A DNA stretch of 64,000 nt from Octopus sinensis. Taxonomy: Eukaryota. The stretch lies in NCBI RefSeq assembly GCF_006345805.1, contig NC_043004.1, positions 49,352,001-49,416,000 of the forward strand. Direction: 5' to 3'. This document shows, one piece after another, positions 1 to 12,032 of this stretch (position 1 is the stretch's first letter; the number at the start of each line of letters is the position of its first letter). The position numbers and the translations under genes were made by a program. The notes under the pieces are model-generated. The model had not been told where the DNA came from. It was given only the letters and a program-made list of their open reading frames with translations, and did not search any database.

Positions 1-6
1 CTACAG

Positions 7-85
7 AGGCAGTTGTTGATGAAATGGTCAAAATAAGATTGCAAAGATTTATGAGTTCTGGCATAGCTTCAATCAGATCATTGAT
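7..85 (+). CDS. Candidate internal coding exon of an unidentified gene: (E)AVVDEMVKIRLQRFMSSGIASIRSL
   Basis: ctacag| acceptor at 6/7, open phase 1->2 frame with protein-like composition, GAT|gtaaat donor at 85/86. No homology recognised; upstream context truncated by the window edge. Confidence 0.35.
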
Positions 86-370
86 GTAAATGCATTAAAT
101 TACTCACACTTTGCTGCTTAAAGTTTTGCAATCTTATTATGCAATCTTATTATGTCAAAAAAAAACCCTACCATAAGTGTTTTTTAAAGAATTTAAAGCA
201 TCGACCGGAAATTGTTTGTGATATTCATCACTTGCTAAAATTGAAAAGTTCTATGAATTTAAGCTCTTCTAAGGATGAGTATCACGTTTTTAATTGGTCA
301 ACTAATATCAATAATTTTGTCTTATTCATCTTTAGAAGAGCGAATAAAATGGAAAATAATCTGAATAGAC

Positions 371-786
371 GCAGGAGTGGCTGTGTGGTAAGTAGCTTTC
401 TAACCAACCACATGGTTCCGGGTTCAGTCCCACTGCGTGGCATCTTGGACAAATGTCTTCTGCTATAGCCCCGGGCCGACCAATGCCCTGTGAGTGGATT
501 TGGTAGACGGAAACTGAAAGAAGCCTGTCGTATATATGTATATATATATGTATGCGTGTGTGTGTTTGTGTGTCTGTGTTTGTCCCCCTAGCATTGCTTG
601 ACAACCGATGCTGGTGTGTTTACGTCCCCGTAACTTAGCGGTTCGGCAAAAGAGACCGATAGAATAAGTACTGGGCTTACAAAGAATAAGTCCCGGGGTC
701 GATTTGCTCGACTAAAGACGGTGCTCCAGCATGGCCGCAGTCAAATGACTGAAACAAGTAAAAGAGTAAAAGAGTAAAGAGTAATA
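371..786 (+). mobile_element. Young tRNA-headed SINE (family S1) with internal TA/TG microsatellite and (GAGTAAAA)n tail
   Basis: Head ggagtggctgtgtggtaag...ggttcagtccc; near-identical full copy at 44502-44914; many degraded copies across the window. Confidence 0.9.
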
Positions 787-1226
787 AATTAACGTAGTAA
801 CGAAAGATCCTGGTCAAAAGGGAGAAGTTCCAACATACATGGGAAAGCCCAGGAATGTAACAATGAGCATTAAATATCAAAGAGAAAAGAAATAATTTTG
901 TTTCGTTGACAAAATAAATAACCTTGTTCCTGAATGGAAGAACCCATCTGACTGACAAAGAATTTTGAAAATGCTTTTATTTTTAGACTAAAGTCAAACA
1001 GTCAAATCCATTCAACCATGTGATCAATCTTTAGCGACACCAATTACAAAGAAGTGACAGAACGTAAAAGTATTGAGAGGTTGCTATTCTTGTTGTTGCT
1101 GCTGCTGTTGTTGCCACGACGCTGGCTTAGAAAGCAGGTCAGAAATTCCCTTCGGAAATTTACGATCAGCTACATTCTTTTTGTCCTTTGTTTTTGTTTT
1201 GATAAGAAATCTGACTTCAAGCAAAA

Positions 1227-1444
1227 AAATATTCAGACAAATACATAACAAAAACACCAGGACTTACAAACATATATATAACATACAGAAAATTGCACTA
1301 CTGGGTACTGCACACATCCTACGCAGAACACTTTCAATACAGTAACCGTCAGAGCATCACAACAAATCACAGCACATACCCAAGACACACAGAGCTACGC
1401 TCGGTAGTGAAGTGAAAGCACGCTATAAAAATAAAAACTACTGA
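1227..1444 (+). mobile_element. 3' end of R4/Dong-like (RLE-type) non-LTR retrotransposon, subfamily A
   Basis: Encodes ...NIQKIALLGTAHILRRTLSIQ* (1345), typical of the R4/Dong C-terminus, then 3'UTR and (GAT/AAT)n tail. Confidence 0.75.
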
Positions 1445-1506
1445 ATGATGATGATGATGATGATGATAATGATAATAATAATAATAATATAATAATAATA
1501 ATAATA

Positions 1507-1574
<68 letters not shown>

Positions 1575-1597
1575 TAATAATAATAATAATAATAATA
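1445..1597. repeat. (GAT)n/(AAT)n microsatellite
   Basis: Long near-perfect trinucleotide run; source of the poly-I/L/Y ORFs in the track. Confidence 0.97.
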
Positions 1598-1835
1598 AGC
1601 AGTTGTGGTCGCTGAAAAAGGTGGTAGTAGTACCAATAATTGTCGGAGCCCTGGGAACAGTGAGTAAAAATCTTGAGAAGTACATGGAACAAACAGGAGC
1701 TGCAATAAGGGTGGAGCGTTTACAGAAAACAGGACTGCTTGGAACTGCTCGAGTACTCCAGATGGTATTTGAAAAATAAGGAATGTTACCTCAGTTCACT
1801 GGTTGTGCTCCAGCGTTAAAAGCTGTGCAAAGACA
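1597..1835 (+). mobile_element. 3' end of R4/Dong-like non-LTR retrotransposon, subfamily B
   Basis: 1597-1779 reads KQLWSLKKVVVVPIIVGALGTVSKNLEKYMEQTGAAIRVERLQKTGLLGTARVLQMVFEK*, the VVPIIVGALG...LQK..LLGTAR motif of R4-clade RLE domains; followed by an AAT/AGT tail. Confidence 0.8.
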
Positions 1836-2459
1836 ATAATAATAATAGTAGTGGTAGTAATAACAATAATAGTAGTAGTAGTAGTTGTAGTAGTAGTAGT
1901 AGTAGTAGTAGTAATAATAATAATATTCTCTTTTATTTGCCACCAGGGCGAATGATAAGGGGGCAGACAATATAAAGACACAAAAAAGTATGGGGGTTTA
2001 CATATAATGGAATGATAAAATGTTAAAGGAAAAGTATACGCAGTATTTATTAAAAGAAGGGAAGTACTCATAGTATATGGCACTAAGAAGAAGAAAGAAG
2101 AAAAAAGTTATAATAACGTGGTCTTCATGATTACAAGGGGATCTCTAGGGATAATCGAAGAACCCCACCATCCAAGATCACCTTGAATACTGGAGCAAGT
2201 GCCCTTTCCAACTCCTTTCTGACTCACAGTTTTTAAGACATATTTCCTGAACCTGACAAAGATATTGTAGGAGATGCAAATTTTGATTTTGCAACCCCTA
2301 AAAATTCTAAGGAGTGCAAGTACTCCCATGCACTCCCTGTTCCCGGGTCCTTGCCTTATTCAGGGACCTTTTGAGCGGGATGAGCTACTCGACCTGAAGA
2401 AAATTTTAACTGAGCCCCACTTGCAAGGTCATCGCACACATATGGTTGTGATGCGTGTG

Positions 2460-2535
2460 CCTGGGGTACGAAAAAAACGAAAGACGAAGACAGGTGGTGT
2501 ACAAAACAAACAGATGTATTAGTATAACGCTCAGA
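2460..2535 (-). mobile_element. Penelope-like pseudo-LTR fragment
   Basis: acgaaaaaaacgaaagacgaag..ggtggtgta.aaaacaaacagatgtattagtataacgctc is shared with 3515-3580 and loosely with the tail of the PLE at ~20850-20900. Confidence 0.55.
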
Positions 2536-2829
2536 CGGGTAGAAATGATGGGTATACTGGGCTGCGTATATTTTACCCCTTTCTGACTCACAGGTCTACT
2601 CTTGCCATTTTCGCAACTTTCACCCACCTTTTGGTAAATTCACTATAGGACAGCACCTCTCTCTAGAGTCTTACTTTCCTTTTCAAGTGAAACTTGAAAA
2701 GGTCGATGAGGGCTTTACCAAAGAGAAGTGTCTCTGTTCTCATTCCTTTCAGCCTGGTCCACCAGACAACCTCTTTCGCCATCGAAACGTAGTCTAGTTA
2801 TCTGCTTATGCCGGAGCAACGCAAATAAG

Positions 2830-3115
2830 AACCAACTGAGTCCTTGGATCGTTGTAATCGACTAGTCCTTTCCCCACCAAAATTCAGACCTTGTGCCTAT
2901 AGTAGAAAGGATTGTTATTGCGTATCTATAAACGCGCGATCTGGCAGAAGCATACCGGACAAAATGCTTAGTGGTATTTTTTCTGGCTTTGCGTTCTGAG
3001 TTCGTCAATAAAATAAATACCAGCAGAAGAGTGGGATCGATGTAATCGACTTTCCAACTTCTGCAAAATTTCAGGTGTTGTATCTATAGTAGAAAGGATT
3101 ATTGCTATGCATATA
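2830..3115 (+). mobile_element. Fragments of tRNA-headed SINE family S2
   Basis: tgtaatcgact...aaaatttcaggccttgtgcctatagtagaaaggatt tail and ggcagaa/gagttc head motifs shared with the many S2 copies. Confidence 0.75.
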
Positions 3116-3403
3116 AATGGTGGTGGATATGCAGAATCCACAATTCTTTAGAGCATCAGATAAAATACCTTTGGATTGTGGCTCTTCACGTTTTAAGTTT
3201 AAATACCCATCGGGGTGAATGCCGCCTTTCAACCTTTCGGGATCGATAGAATAAGGTACTAGTCAAATGCTAGAATCGATGACATTGACTCATCCAAATT
3301 CCGGGCATTCTGCTTATGCTAGAAACAATCATTATTGTATATATATACATATATATACACACATATCTATATCTATATCTATATCTATATCTATATCTAT
3401 CTA

Positions 3404-3438
<35 letters not shown>

Positions 3439-3440
3439 AT

Positions 3441-3493
<53 letters not shown>

Positions 3494-3504
3494 ATATATA
3501 TATA

Positions 3505-3655
3505 TATAGGGAGAGTTTACGAAAAAACGAAAGACGAAGGTGGTGTATAAAACAAACAGATGTATTAGTATAACGCTCTGGAATAGAAAAAGTCTTTTAC
3601 GTTTCGAGCCTACGCTCTTCTACAGAAAGGGACACAGAAAAAACAAGGAGAGAAT
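3505..3655 (-). mobile_element. Penelope-like pseudo-LTR fragment carrying a hammerhead-like motif
   Basis: Similar to the 3' tail of the PLE at 20790-20905; contains the motif at 3594-3629. Confidence 0.65.
3594..3629 (-). ncRNA. Minimal type-I hammerhead-like motif with variant core
   Basis: Minus strand reads CUUU-CUGUAGA-A-GAGC-guag-GCUC-GAAAC-GUA-AAAG: stem I (CUUU/AAAG), stem II (GAGC/GCUC), palindromic ACGU stem III, GUA triplet. Core position 6 is U, not the canonical A. Confidence 0.45.
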
Positions 3656-3714
3656 ATATATATATATAATTAGCTTGAGAGGATAATTCTTTATGTCTTC
3701 TTGTTATGTCTATT

Positions 3715-3835
3715 GGCGACAGTATTTAGTACACCTATAACAACTGTGATTACTTTTGTAGAAACCCTCCAGAGTAGTCGCATTTCCCTAACCAAATCCT
3801 GGTATTTCCCTATTTTCTCCTGTTCTTCGACTGAT
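3715..3835 (-). mobile_element. R4/Dong-like RLE domain fragment
   Basis: EEQEKIGKYQDLVREMRLLWRVSTKVITVVIGVLNTV matches the EK..KYQDL..E...LW....V.PVVIGALG motif. Confidence 0.7.
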
Positions 3836-4249
3836 ACAGGTAATTCTTCATCTCCCTTGCCTCTTCCCCTTCCTTTTCCTCCCCATCCTCCTTCTGTAGT
3901 CATTATTAACTACCGCTAGGTTTCTGTTTTTTTTTCTCAAACTGAAAAAAAAATTTCAAATTGTTAAGAATCAATTTATTTATCCCAAATCATGTCATTG
4001 AACCATTTGGGTTATCTCCTTTATTTCTCATTCGGAAGACCTGCAAGTTGATGAGAAGACGACACAGTAAGTAAAAAAAAAAAAAAAAGAAAGAAAAAAA
4101 GAAAAACAAACGGGTCGAGAAAGGTACAGTCAAAGGAAGAATAGAATCGTATTATAACCATTAATGTATAAAGATATCTGATAGCCTGACCAATAAAGAC
4201 CCATCATTATGTTTGCAAATTATGGTTAATTCACATTATTCTGTGAGGA

Positions 4250-4910
4250 GCATAGGACCAGTTTCCCGGTTCCTCTGGCGAATATATTCCTCTCTGGACG
4301 TAATACTGGTCAGTCGTAAGATTACTCATTTTTACTAGCTGAGTGGACTGGAACAACATGAAATGAAGTGTTTTACTCAAGAACACAATGCATGGATCTT
4401 TTCGATTTGAACGGCAGTTTTTAACATAATTTCTAGGTAACTAAAAAATTTTAAACTTCGTATACTGGTAGAATGTGTTTATAAAACATCTTTTTCTCTT
4501 GGCTTTAATGGGAAAATTCTATAGTTTGTAAGATATTTGTTGTTTTTTTTCTTCAATTTCTGCACTTTCAACCAATCAGTGACGTCTATTGAGTTAAAAA
4601 GCATTCTGTGCCGTATGAATATGTCCCTAGTTTAAGAAACAGATTGGGTTTATTTACATTTGTGAAGAAAAAAAGATACTCTTCCCCCACCCCTAACCCT
4701 AACCCTAACTAACCCTAACCCTAAAAGAGATTGAAATGCAATAGATCGATTCTAGGGTCATAATTATGGGTGACAATTTCATATGACTCCGCAAGAAAAA
4801 ACTGCCGTTCAAACCGAAAAGATCCCAATGCATCGCCCAGTCCAGATATCAAGACCACAATCTTACGATCACGGGTCCAACACCTTAACCACTAAGCTAC
4901 GCGCATTCAG
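4250..4910 (-). mobile_element. tRNA-headed SINE (family S3) split by a MITE insertion
   Basis: ctagctgagtggactgga...ctcaagaacacaatgcat | cgcccagtccag...ttaaccactaagc rejoins to the sequence seen uninterrupted at 53285-53410 and 29695-29775. Confidence 0.75.
4394..4825. mobile_element. 432-bp MITE, 5'-GGATCTTTTC TIRs, 8-bp TSD (Merlin-like), internal (CCCTAA)n
   Basis: TIRs ggatcttttcgatttgaacggcagttttt / aaaaactgccgttcaaaccgaaaagatcc; TSD caatgcat at 4386-4393 and 4826-4833; telomere-type repeats ~4692-4725; second copy at 60913-61327. Confidence 0.9.
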
Positions 4911-5479
4911 TTATGCAAATTATACTGATCAAACATTATTTGTTATCTGTAGCTCTTCGATATGTAAAAATCATTGGCAAATCTGACCAGCAGGCTTGTG
5001 GAAACTATAATATGCTGACGAGCAGGGCTATCTTAGCAGCATTATAACACCCAGGGTAAATTAATACATTGGGTCCTATAGTTTTTTTATTGAGTGACAG
5101 CAAACCACAGCGTACATACATCAGAATTTGGTCCCTAGAGTCGCGAGGCCTCTGGGCAACTGAGTATTGTGCCCATGCCATAAGATGCCTCTGCTGACGA
5201 AGTTAAATAGTCCGAAACATCATCATAGTCGTCCTCTGCCTACAAAGATCACGTCTTTACTCAAAGTATCTACAGTAAGTTGGAGATAAATTTTAATTTA
5301 AAAAAAATGATCTCCCTTTACTTTGGGAAGCGTTAACAAATGTTGCAAGAGTTTTGTTTTCTTTTTGCAACGAAGAGAGTAATTTCAATTAATTAAGGAT
5401 TTATTTGTGTGTGTATGTGTGTGTGTGTGTGTGTGTATAACATTTAGTACATCAGCCCTTAACCTATTTATTCACTGAC

Positions 5480-5715
5480 AGACAGTTGCGTAAGACATGA
5501 AAGAGAAAGAAGAAACTTAAAACATTGTGAAAGAGAGAAAAGAAAACAGAGAGAGAAAAAGGGAAAGGAAGGGAATGAAGTGAAGTAGTAAGGAAGAAAG
5601 AGAAAGAAAGTGAGAATGAAAGGGAGAGAGGGTGAAAGAAAGAGAGAGTGGGAGAGAAAAACAGAGAGAAAGAAAGAGTAAGAGAGAGAGAGACAGAGAG
5701 TGAGAGAGAGAGCAC
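5480..5715. repeat. GA-rich low-complexity tract
   Basis: Polypurine (GA)n/(GAAA)n sequence. Confidence 0.9.
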
Positions 5716-5984
5716 ATGTTTATTTATTTATTAAAATATTTCCTGACAGATGATCCAATGAACATTGCAACAAATGTTCTTATTGTACGAAGGCCGCAAG
5801 GTGACATAATTGTTAAGAAAAATGACGACAGCGGTTGTTTATTTATTGAATTCACCGGATCCTTCATGAAAGGGAAAATAAAAATAAAATGAAGAATGAA
5901 TAAACAAACAAAACACCACCCCCAACACCAATGCTAGAATAAAAGTAGGGCGGTTCGTATAGAGAAAAACATCTGATATTTGAA

Positions 5985-6046
5985 CGCACGCACACACTGC
6001 ATATGTGTATGTGTGTGCATGTGTGCGCGCGCGTATGTGTGTGTGT

Positions 6047-6111
<65 letters not shown>

Positions 6112-6128
6112 CGCACATATGTGTGTGT
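5985..6128. repeat. (TG)n microsatellite
   Basis: Long TG run. Confidence 0.95.
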
Positions 6129-6892
6129 AACTAATAACTAATTGTGGTTGAAGTCCTTAGTTCGAAATGTAGTCTGGTTATCTGCTTACGCCGGAGCAAC
6201 GCAAAATGCGAAGTGAAGTAATTTAAGTAATTTCAATGCATGCAATTGCACTAGTTTTCATCTATTTCATTTATTTATTCCTCAGTTTATTTACTGTACC
6301 GATAATTTTAATAGAATAAATAAAACTAAGATGCTTAATTATAATTAAATTTTAATTTCAACCGCCTATATTGTCATATATACAACTATAAATATGCTAG
6401 TTACACTTTTAGGCTTCCGTAGCTGAGTACGATAAATCGTAAGATTTCGGTTAGTATAAATAGGCCATACGAACTCTCCTGTTATCAGAGTATAATTAAA
6501 ATGGACGTAGGTGAGGAGACTTTACAATTCGGTCGGATCCTACTTCCAAACTACTAGAACAGATCCCTACATGGTCCCTAATGCAGACTGATAAGGCGCT
6601 AGGAACTTTTACCAGGCATGTAGCAAGAGAGAGGTAAAGGTTTCTCTTCTTATATGGGTATTTTCTTGACCTAAATGTCGTCATCGTAGACACAAACAAA
6701 GGCCAATATTATAATAATACATTATCCACCAGTGAAACACTGTTATCACACAAACCACTGTTGATGTTACTATTATACTAAATATTTTTTTAATACTAAT
6801 CCTAAGATTGCTTTGGGCCGTGGACAAACACACACGTATTATTGCATCGATTATTTCTTTAAAATCTATTTGATATATTTTTTCTTAGATTG

Positions 6893-6945
<53 letters not shown>

Positions 6946-7859
6946 CTATATATATATATATACATATATATTTCATTTGGGTGTTAACCCTGGAGTTTAC
7001 CCTATAAAACTCATCTACGACTACAGACTATCATACAGATGGTGATTCAGATATATATATATATATATCTCCATACGTAGTATACCTGTAGAATGAAAAT
7101 GATTGCTTGGTTATAAACGATTCTTCAGGTAAATTCTCCCGTTTAGAAATTTCCTGATTATTTTTCTGGGACTTTGAACCCCTTAATATTGCTCTCCGTC
7201 TCTCCGTAACGCAACGGAAAGAATATCTCGAAAGAAAATGGCAAAGGCAACGATTTTAAAAATAGAAACGATCATGATCATTGTTTATTTACCACAAGGA
7301 CAAAGCAACCAGATTACAGTATGATGCTACGTAAACACATACGTATATAAATGAAGTGTTGAGTGTGTCTATTTATATTTGTGTGTGTGTGTGTTAGAAT
7401 TGTATGTATGTGTGTATATGCACATATATGTGTGTATGTGTATATATGTGTGTTTGTGTATGTGTGTGTGTATGTTTATATACGTCTTTATGTCCGTATA
7501 TTTGAAATTATGATAATGATTTTGCTTATGACTCCTCTGTGTTTTTAATTTATGAAAGACAAACAAAAGCCTGCCTGTTAACCTAAAATTATCTCCCTTC
7601 AAATGTTTGTGTGTCACCTTACAGAGCGAACTCAATCCAGTTGGTGGCGTTTTACATTATATTATGTAATATTATTATTGACTGGTGATTACCACTGTCT
7701 GTTGTTTATTATAATTAACTGTTGCTGCTCTAATGTGGAACCTGTTTGCCTTGATGTGAGGTTTTTCGCAGATTCTCATCTAATGATTATTCATATATTT
7801 ACTTTTGGAAGGTGGGAATGAAGAGGAATATGTGGCGTTTATGGTTTGATTTTAAAGAA

Positions 7860-8250
7860 TTGTTGAAGCGTCGTCATCGGAAAAATACTCTGTGGTACTT
7901 AGTTGTGTCACTCTACTTCGTGAGTTCAAATTCCGCCTGGGTCGTCGACTTTGCCTTTTATCCGCCAGGCGTCAATGTAATAAAATACCAGTCAAGTATT
8001 GGAGTCGATTTAATCGACTAACAGTTTTCATCGCAATTTCTTGGCCTTCCGTTAGAAGCAAGTATTATTATCTAATAAAATGCTTTTTGGTACTTAGTTG
8101 CATCGCTTTGTGAGTTCAAATTACGACGAGATCGATTTGGCCTTCCCTTCTTTTTTTCTGTAGTCGATAAAATAAAGTACCAATCAAGTACAACATTGAC
8201 TAAACCTCTTCTCTCAAAACTACTGGCCTTGTCCCTAAATAAGAAGCAAT
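7860..8250 (+). mobile_element. Two S2 SINE fragments
   Basis: gagttcaaattccgcc...gtcgactttgcctttt and gagttcaaattacgacgag...gataaaataaagtacc. Confidence 0.75.
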
Positions 8251-8959
8251 TGTTATTGAAGATAATAAAATAATGTAAAAACCAAGTTCTGGAGGGATTA
8301 AGTTTAATCAACTGTTCCTCTTCTTCGGTACCTGTTAGAAATTATTTCTGAATTCTGGTTCTTTAGATTCAGTCGAAACACAATATTGGCTTCCATATTT
8401 TGAATGCAGCAGTCTCTCACTCATTCATTATTTTAATCATTTTAAAAAGAAAACGTCAATGAAATGATGTGTTCATTATTTTCAAACGGCATTTAGCTAA
8501 CACAAACGAAATAAATCTAGGCTATATTCGAGGATAGAATCTGTGGAATGTCTGAAAAAGGTGTTAAAATGAGATTTTGCTGTCGCTAGCGCATTTCTAT
8601 GGCGGAGAGAAAAGTATGGCAGCGATTGTGGTGTTGTAGCATTTATGCCGTTCCGAAATACTAACATTGAAGATTCGATAATCAAACCGTGCAGAAATTG
8701 TACGGGTTGAAATATTGAACTAATTTTTGTTAACAAATTTTGACTGATTCACCATGAAAAATTTAATGACGATGTAAGAGGGTACTGTGACTATTAAACT
8801 AATGTAAGCTTGTGCTATTTTCTAATTTGATAGAATATTAATAAGTCCCTTATGATCTAGTGGGATCCTGGCGGAGCTGAAATAATCCCTAACCCTTGTA
8901 ATATTGGTATTATAGCAGTTGGGGGAAAATAATTTGTTTTGTTGCTTTTAACGCTCGTT

Positions 8960-9490
8960 CACTCTCTCTCTCTCTCTCTCTCATACACTTCTCTCTAAAG
9001 TATCTCTCTTCCTCTCTCTGAGACATAACACATTCTCTCCTCCTCTTCTTCCACACATTTCTGTCTTTCTCTCACTTTCCCTGGCACACAATTTTCACTA
9101 CATACAACTCCATTTCTCTCTCTCTGTTCTCTTACACATACACAGCAATCTCTCTTTCTCTCTGGCTCATAGATCTCTCTCGCATACATACACACTTGCG
9201 CGCGCACACGCACACTCAATCGTACACACAAATACACAGTCTCTGTCACTGATGCACACACCAATCGTGCACACAGACACATTCTCTCTCTCTCTCTCTC
9301 TCTCTCTGATTTACACATACATAAACACATCCTCTCTTTCCAATATAAACACACACTCACACATACACACACATCTCATTGGTGCACACACTTCCTCTAT
9401 GAGATACACTCATCGTTTTTCTTTGATTCACACTCGCTCACTCTTTCTCCCTCTCTCACCTTATCAAGTCTTCAGTCTCTCCACCCCATA
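8960..9490. repeat. CT/CA-rich low-complexity tract
   Basis: Interleaved (CT)n and (CA)n runs. Confidence 0.9.
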
Positions 9491-9649
9491 CAAACTCTTC
9501 CATTAACTAGACCTCATATATTGCCATATGTATCACAGCTAACAACCCCATGTTCATTTCAGTCCTGGAAACCCAAATACTTCACAACCTTACTCCCTAT
9601 GATGATGCATGGATATCTTAGCTCTGTTGTGCCACTAAACTATTTCGTA

Positions 9650-10400
9650 TTTTCCATGGTATAAGCAAAGCCTAGATTCAAGAGGTTATAATGAAAACCT
9701 AACAAGTACAGTAATTTTCGTTAGCAGGAAAGAAAACAAGACTTAACTGCCATCTGTGAGATAGATGTTCACTCTGCAGAAAAAGAGGAAAAAGGAATTC
9801 CATATGGGTGCACGGGAGGTGCAATAGGATCATAGACAAGCTGGCAGAGTCTTTGTATGTAGATGTGCAGTAACGGTTAGTGAGTAAGAGTAAAGATAAA
9901 ATAAATTCTATCAATAGCTTCTGTTACCTAGGTGACCTAATTAGCATTGGGGGAGAGTGTTGAGCGTAAGAATAGAGTGGGAACGGTTCAGGGAACTGTT
10001 ACCTATGCTGGCAACAAAAGGATTTGTTTCTCTGATAGAAAAGCAGATTATAGATGCTATGACTGTATGAAGTGTAATGTTGCATTGTATTAGAACAAGG
10101 GCATCGATTTTTGGAGGGTGTGTGTGAAAGCTGGAAAAAAAAAAAATGAGGTGAACATGTTCACCTTATTTGAATATGAGGTGAATATGTGTAATGTCAG
10201 TGTGTATGAATGATGAAATGTGTGTGTGTGTGTGTGCTGGGAGATAAATTAGCAATTAGAGAAATCAGATGTGGTGTGTAAAATGGAAGACTGGGCTGGC
10301 ATGTGGATGTGAGTAAAGATGTACAAGGTGATCCAGTGAAAGAAAACTAGGGATGAAATAGTGAAAGCTGATAGAGATAACTGCAACAAGTTGTGGTGTA
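9650..10400 (+). mobile_element. Decayed RTE-clade LINE, RT C-terminal region
   Basis: Frameshifted remnants SFCYLGDLISIGG, WERFRELLPMLATKG, ..EIRCGV.., KKTRDEIVKAD. Confidence 0.75.
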
Positions 10401-10624
10401 CTGTTATGCCGGAGACCTAAGTCAACCCATTCCAGTATGATCACACACAAATATGCATACTAACACGCACATACACACACACATGCATGGTCACACATAA
10501 ATGTCTGCATACACACTTGGGTGTGTGAGAGAGAGAGAGAGACTAGGGATCACTAATTTTGGCACCTCCCAGTCAGTATAGATCTCTCTAGGAGTTCTGA
10601 ATTCCCAGAATCTTACCAGGGAAT

Positions 10625-10811
10625 GTAGCCACAGGTGTAGCTGTGTGGTTAAAAAGCTTGCTTCCCATGCATGTGGTTTAGGATTCAATCCCACTCTGCA
10701 GCACCTTTGGCAGATGTCCTCAACTATAACCCCAGGCCGACCAAAGCCTCATGAGTGGATTTGGTAGGCGGAGACTGAAAGAAACCCATTGTATATAAAT
10801 GTGTGAGTGTT

Positions 10812-10845
<34 letters not shown>

Positions 10846-11044
10846 AGGTGTACCAAAAGTCATGCATCAAAGCATTTGACATTTTATTTATATTATTAAT
10901 GTTATTCATCATATACAATATGTGTGTATTCATCATTATTTTATTTTAATCAATTTTAGAAAATTGAAGTATGACTTAAGCAATTCTGGAGCATATTGAA
11001 CTTGTTTTGTGTGTAACTTTTGGACCACCCTTTGTGTATGTGTG

Positions 11045-11103
<59 letters not shown>

Positions 11104-11285
11104 ATTTGTCCCCCGATTGCTGCTTGACAACTGATGTTTGTGTATTTAGGTCCCCCATAACTTAGTAGTTCGGCAAACGTGACTGATAGTATAAGTCGTG
11201 GGGTTGATTTGTTCAACTAAAATTCTTCAAAGGTGGTGCTCCAGCATGGCTGCAGTCAGTTGACTGAAGCAAGTAAAAGAATATA
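10625..11285 (+). mobile_element. S1 SINE interrupted in its microsatellite by a Tc1/mariner-type MITE (10844-11034)
   Basis: S1 head 10625-10800 and tail 11100-11285; insert with TIRs caaggtgtaccaaaagt / acttttggaccaccctttg. Confidence 0.7.
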
Positions 11286-11734
11286 AATACATGTAACTGG
11301 CACTTCATCAGTTATGACGAAGAGGGTTCTAGTTGAGCTGATCAATGGAAGAGCCTGCTCATGAAATTACTGTGCAAGTGGCTGAGCACTCCACAGACAT
11401 GCATACCCATAATGTTGTTCTGAGAGAAATTCAGCACGATACAGAATTCGACAATGCTAGCCCTTTTAATTACAGGTACAATTCGTTTTTGCCAGCTGAG
11501 TGGACTGGAGCAACTTGAAATGTTATGCTCAGGAACCCTGTGTGCCTCCAGGAATTGAACTCACAACCTTACAACTGTGAGCTGAATAATCTAACCACTA
11601 AACCACATGTCTTCATTGTACACTGTAGATCCATAGACAAACAAACAAACATATCAACTATATATGGCAGCTATGTAGTCTGTGGATCACACACCCACAT
11701 AAAAGGTACATGTATGTATATATGCATACATAGC

Positions 11735-12032
11735 ACGTAAAAGCACCATCTGTTCGTGTCCGTTGCCAGCCTCGTCTGGCCCCTGTGCCGGTGGCACGTA
11801 AAAACACCATCCGTTCATGGCCGTTTGCCAGCTCTGTCTGGCACTTGTGCAGGTGGCACGTAAAAAGCATCCACTACACTCACGGAGTGGTTGGCATTAG
11901 GAAGGGCATCCAGCCGTAGAAACACTGCCAAATCTGACTGGGCCTGATGAAGCCTTCCGGCTTCACAGACCCCAGTAGAACCGTCCAACCCATGCTAGCA
12001 TGGAAAACGGACGCTAAATGATGATGATGACA
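11735..12032 (+). mobile_element. RTE 3'UTR-derived element ending in (GAT)n
   Basis: Internally repeated gtggcacgtaaaaagcacc units, then ggaagggcatccagc...catgctagcatggaaaacggacgctaaatgatgatg; same tail follows the RTE ORF end at 23115-23848. Confidence 0.85.

Noticed and set aside
32-153. 14-bp inverted repeat aataagattgcaaa/tttgcaatcttatt with local tandem duplication
   Set aside because: Short and AT-rich; could be chance or a small exon-intron pairing, insufficient support.
5195-5225. ctgacgaag...ccgaaacatc hammerhead-like string
   Set aside because: Core words are present but stems I and II do not pair convincingly; at most a decayed PLE remnant.
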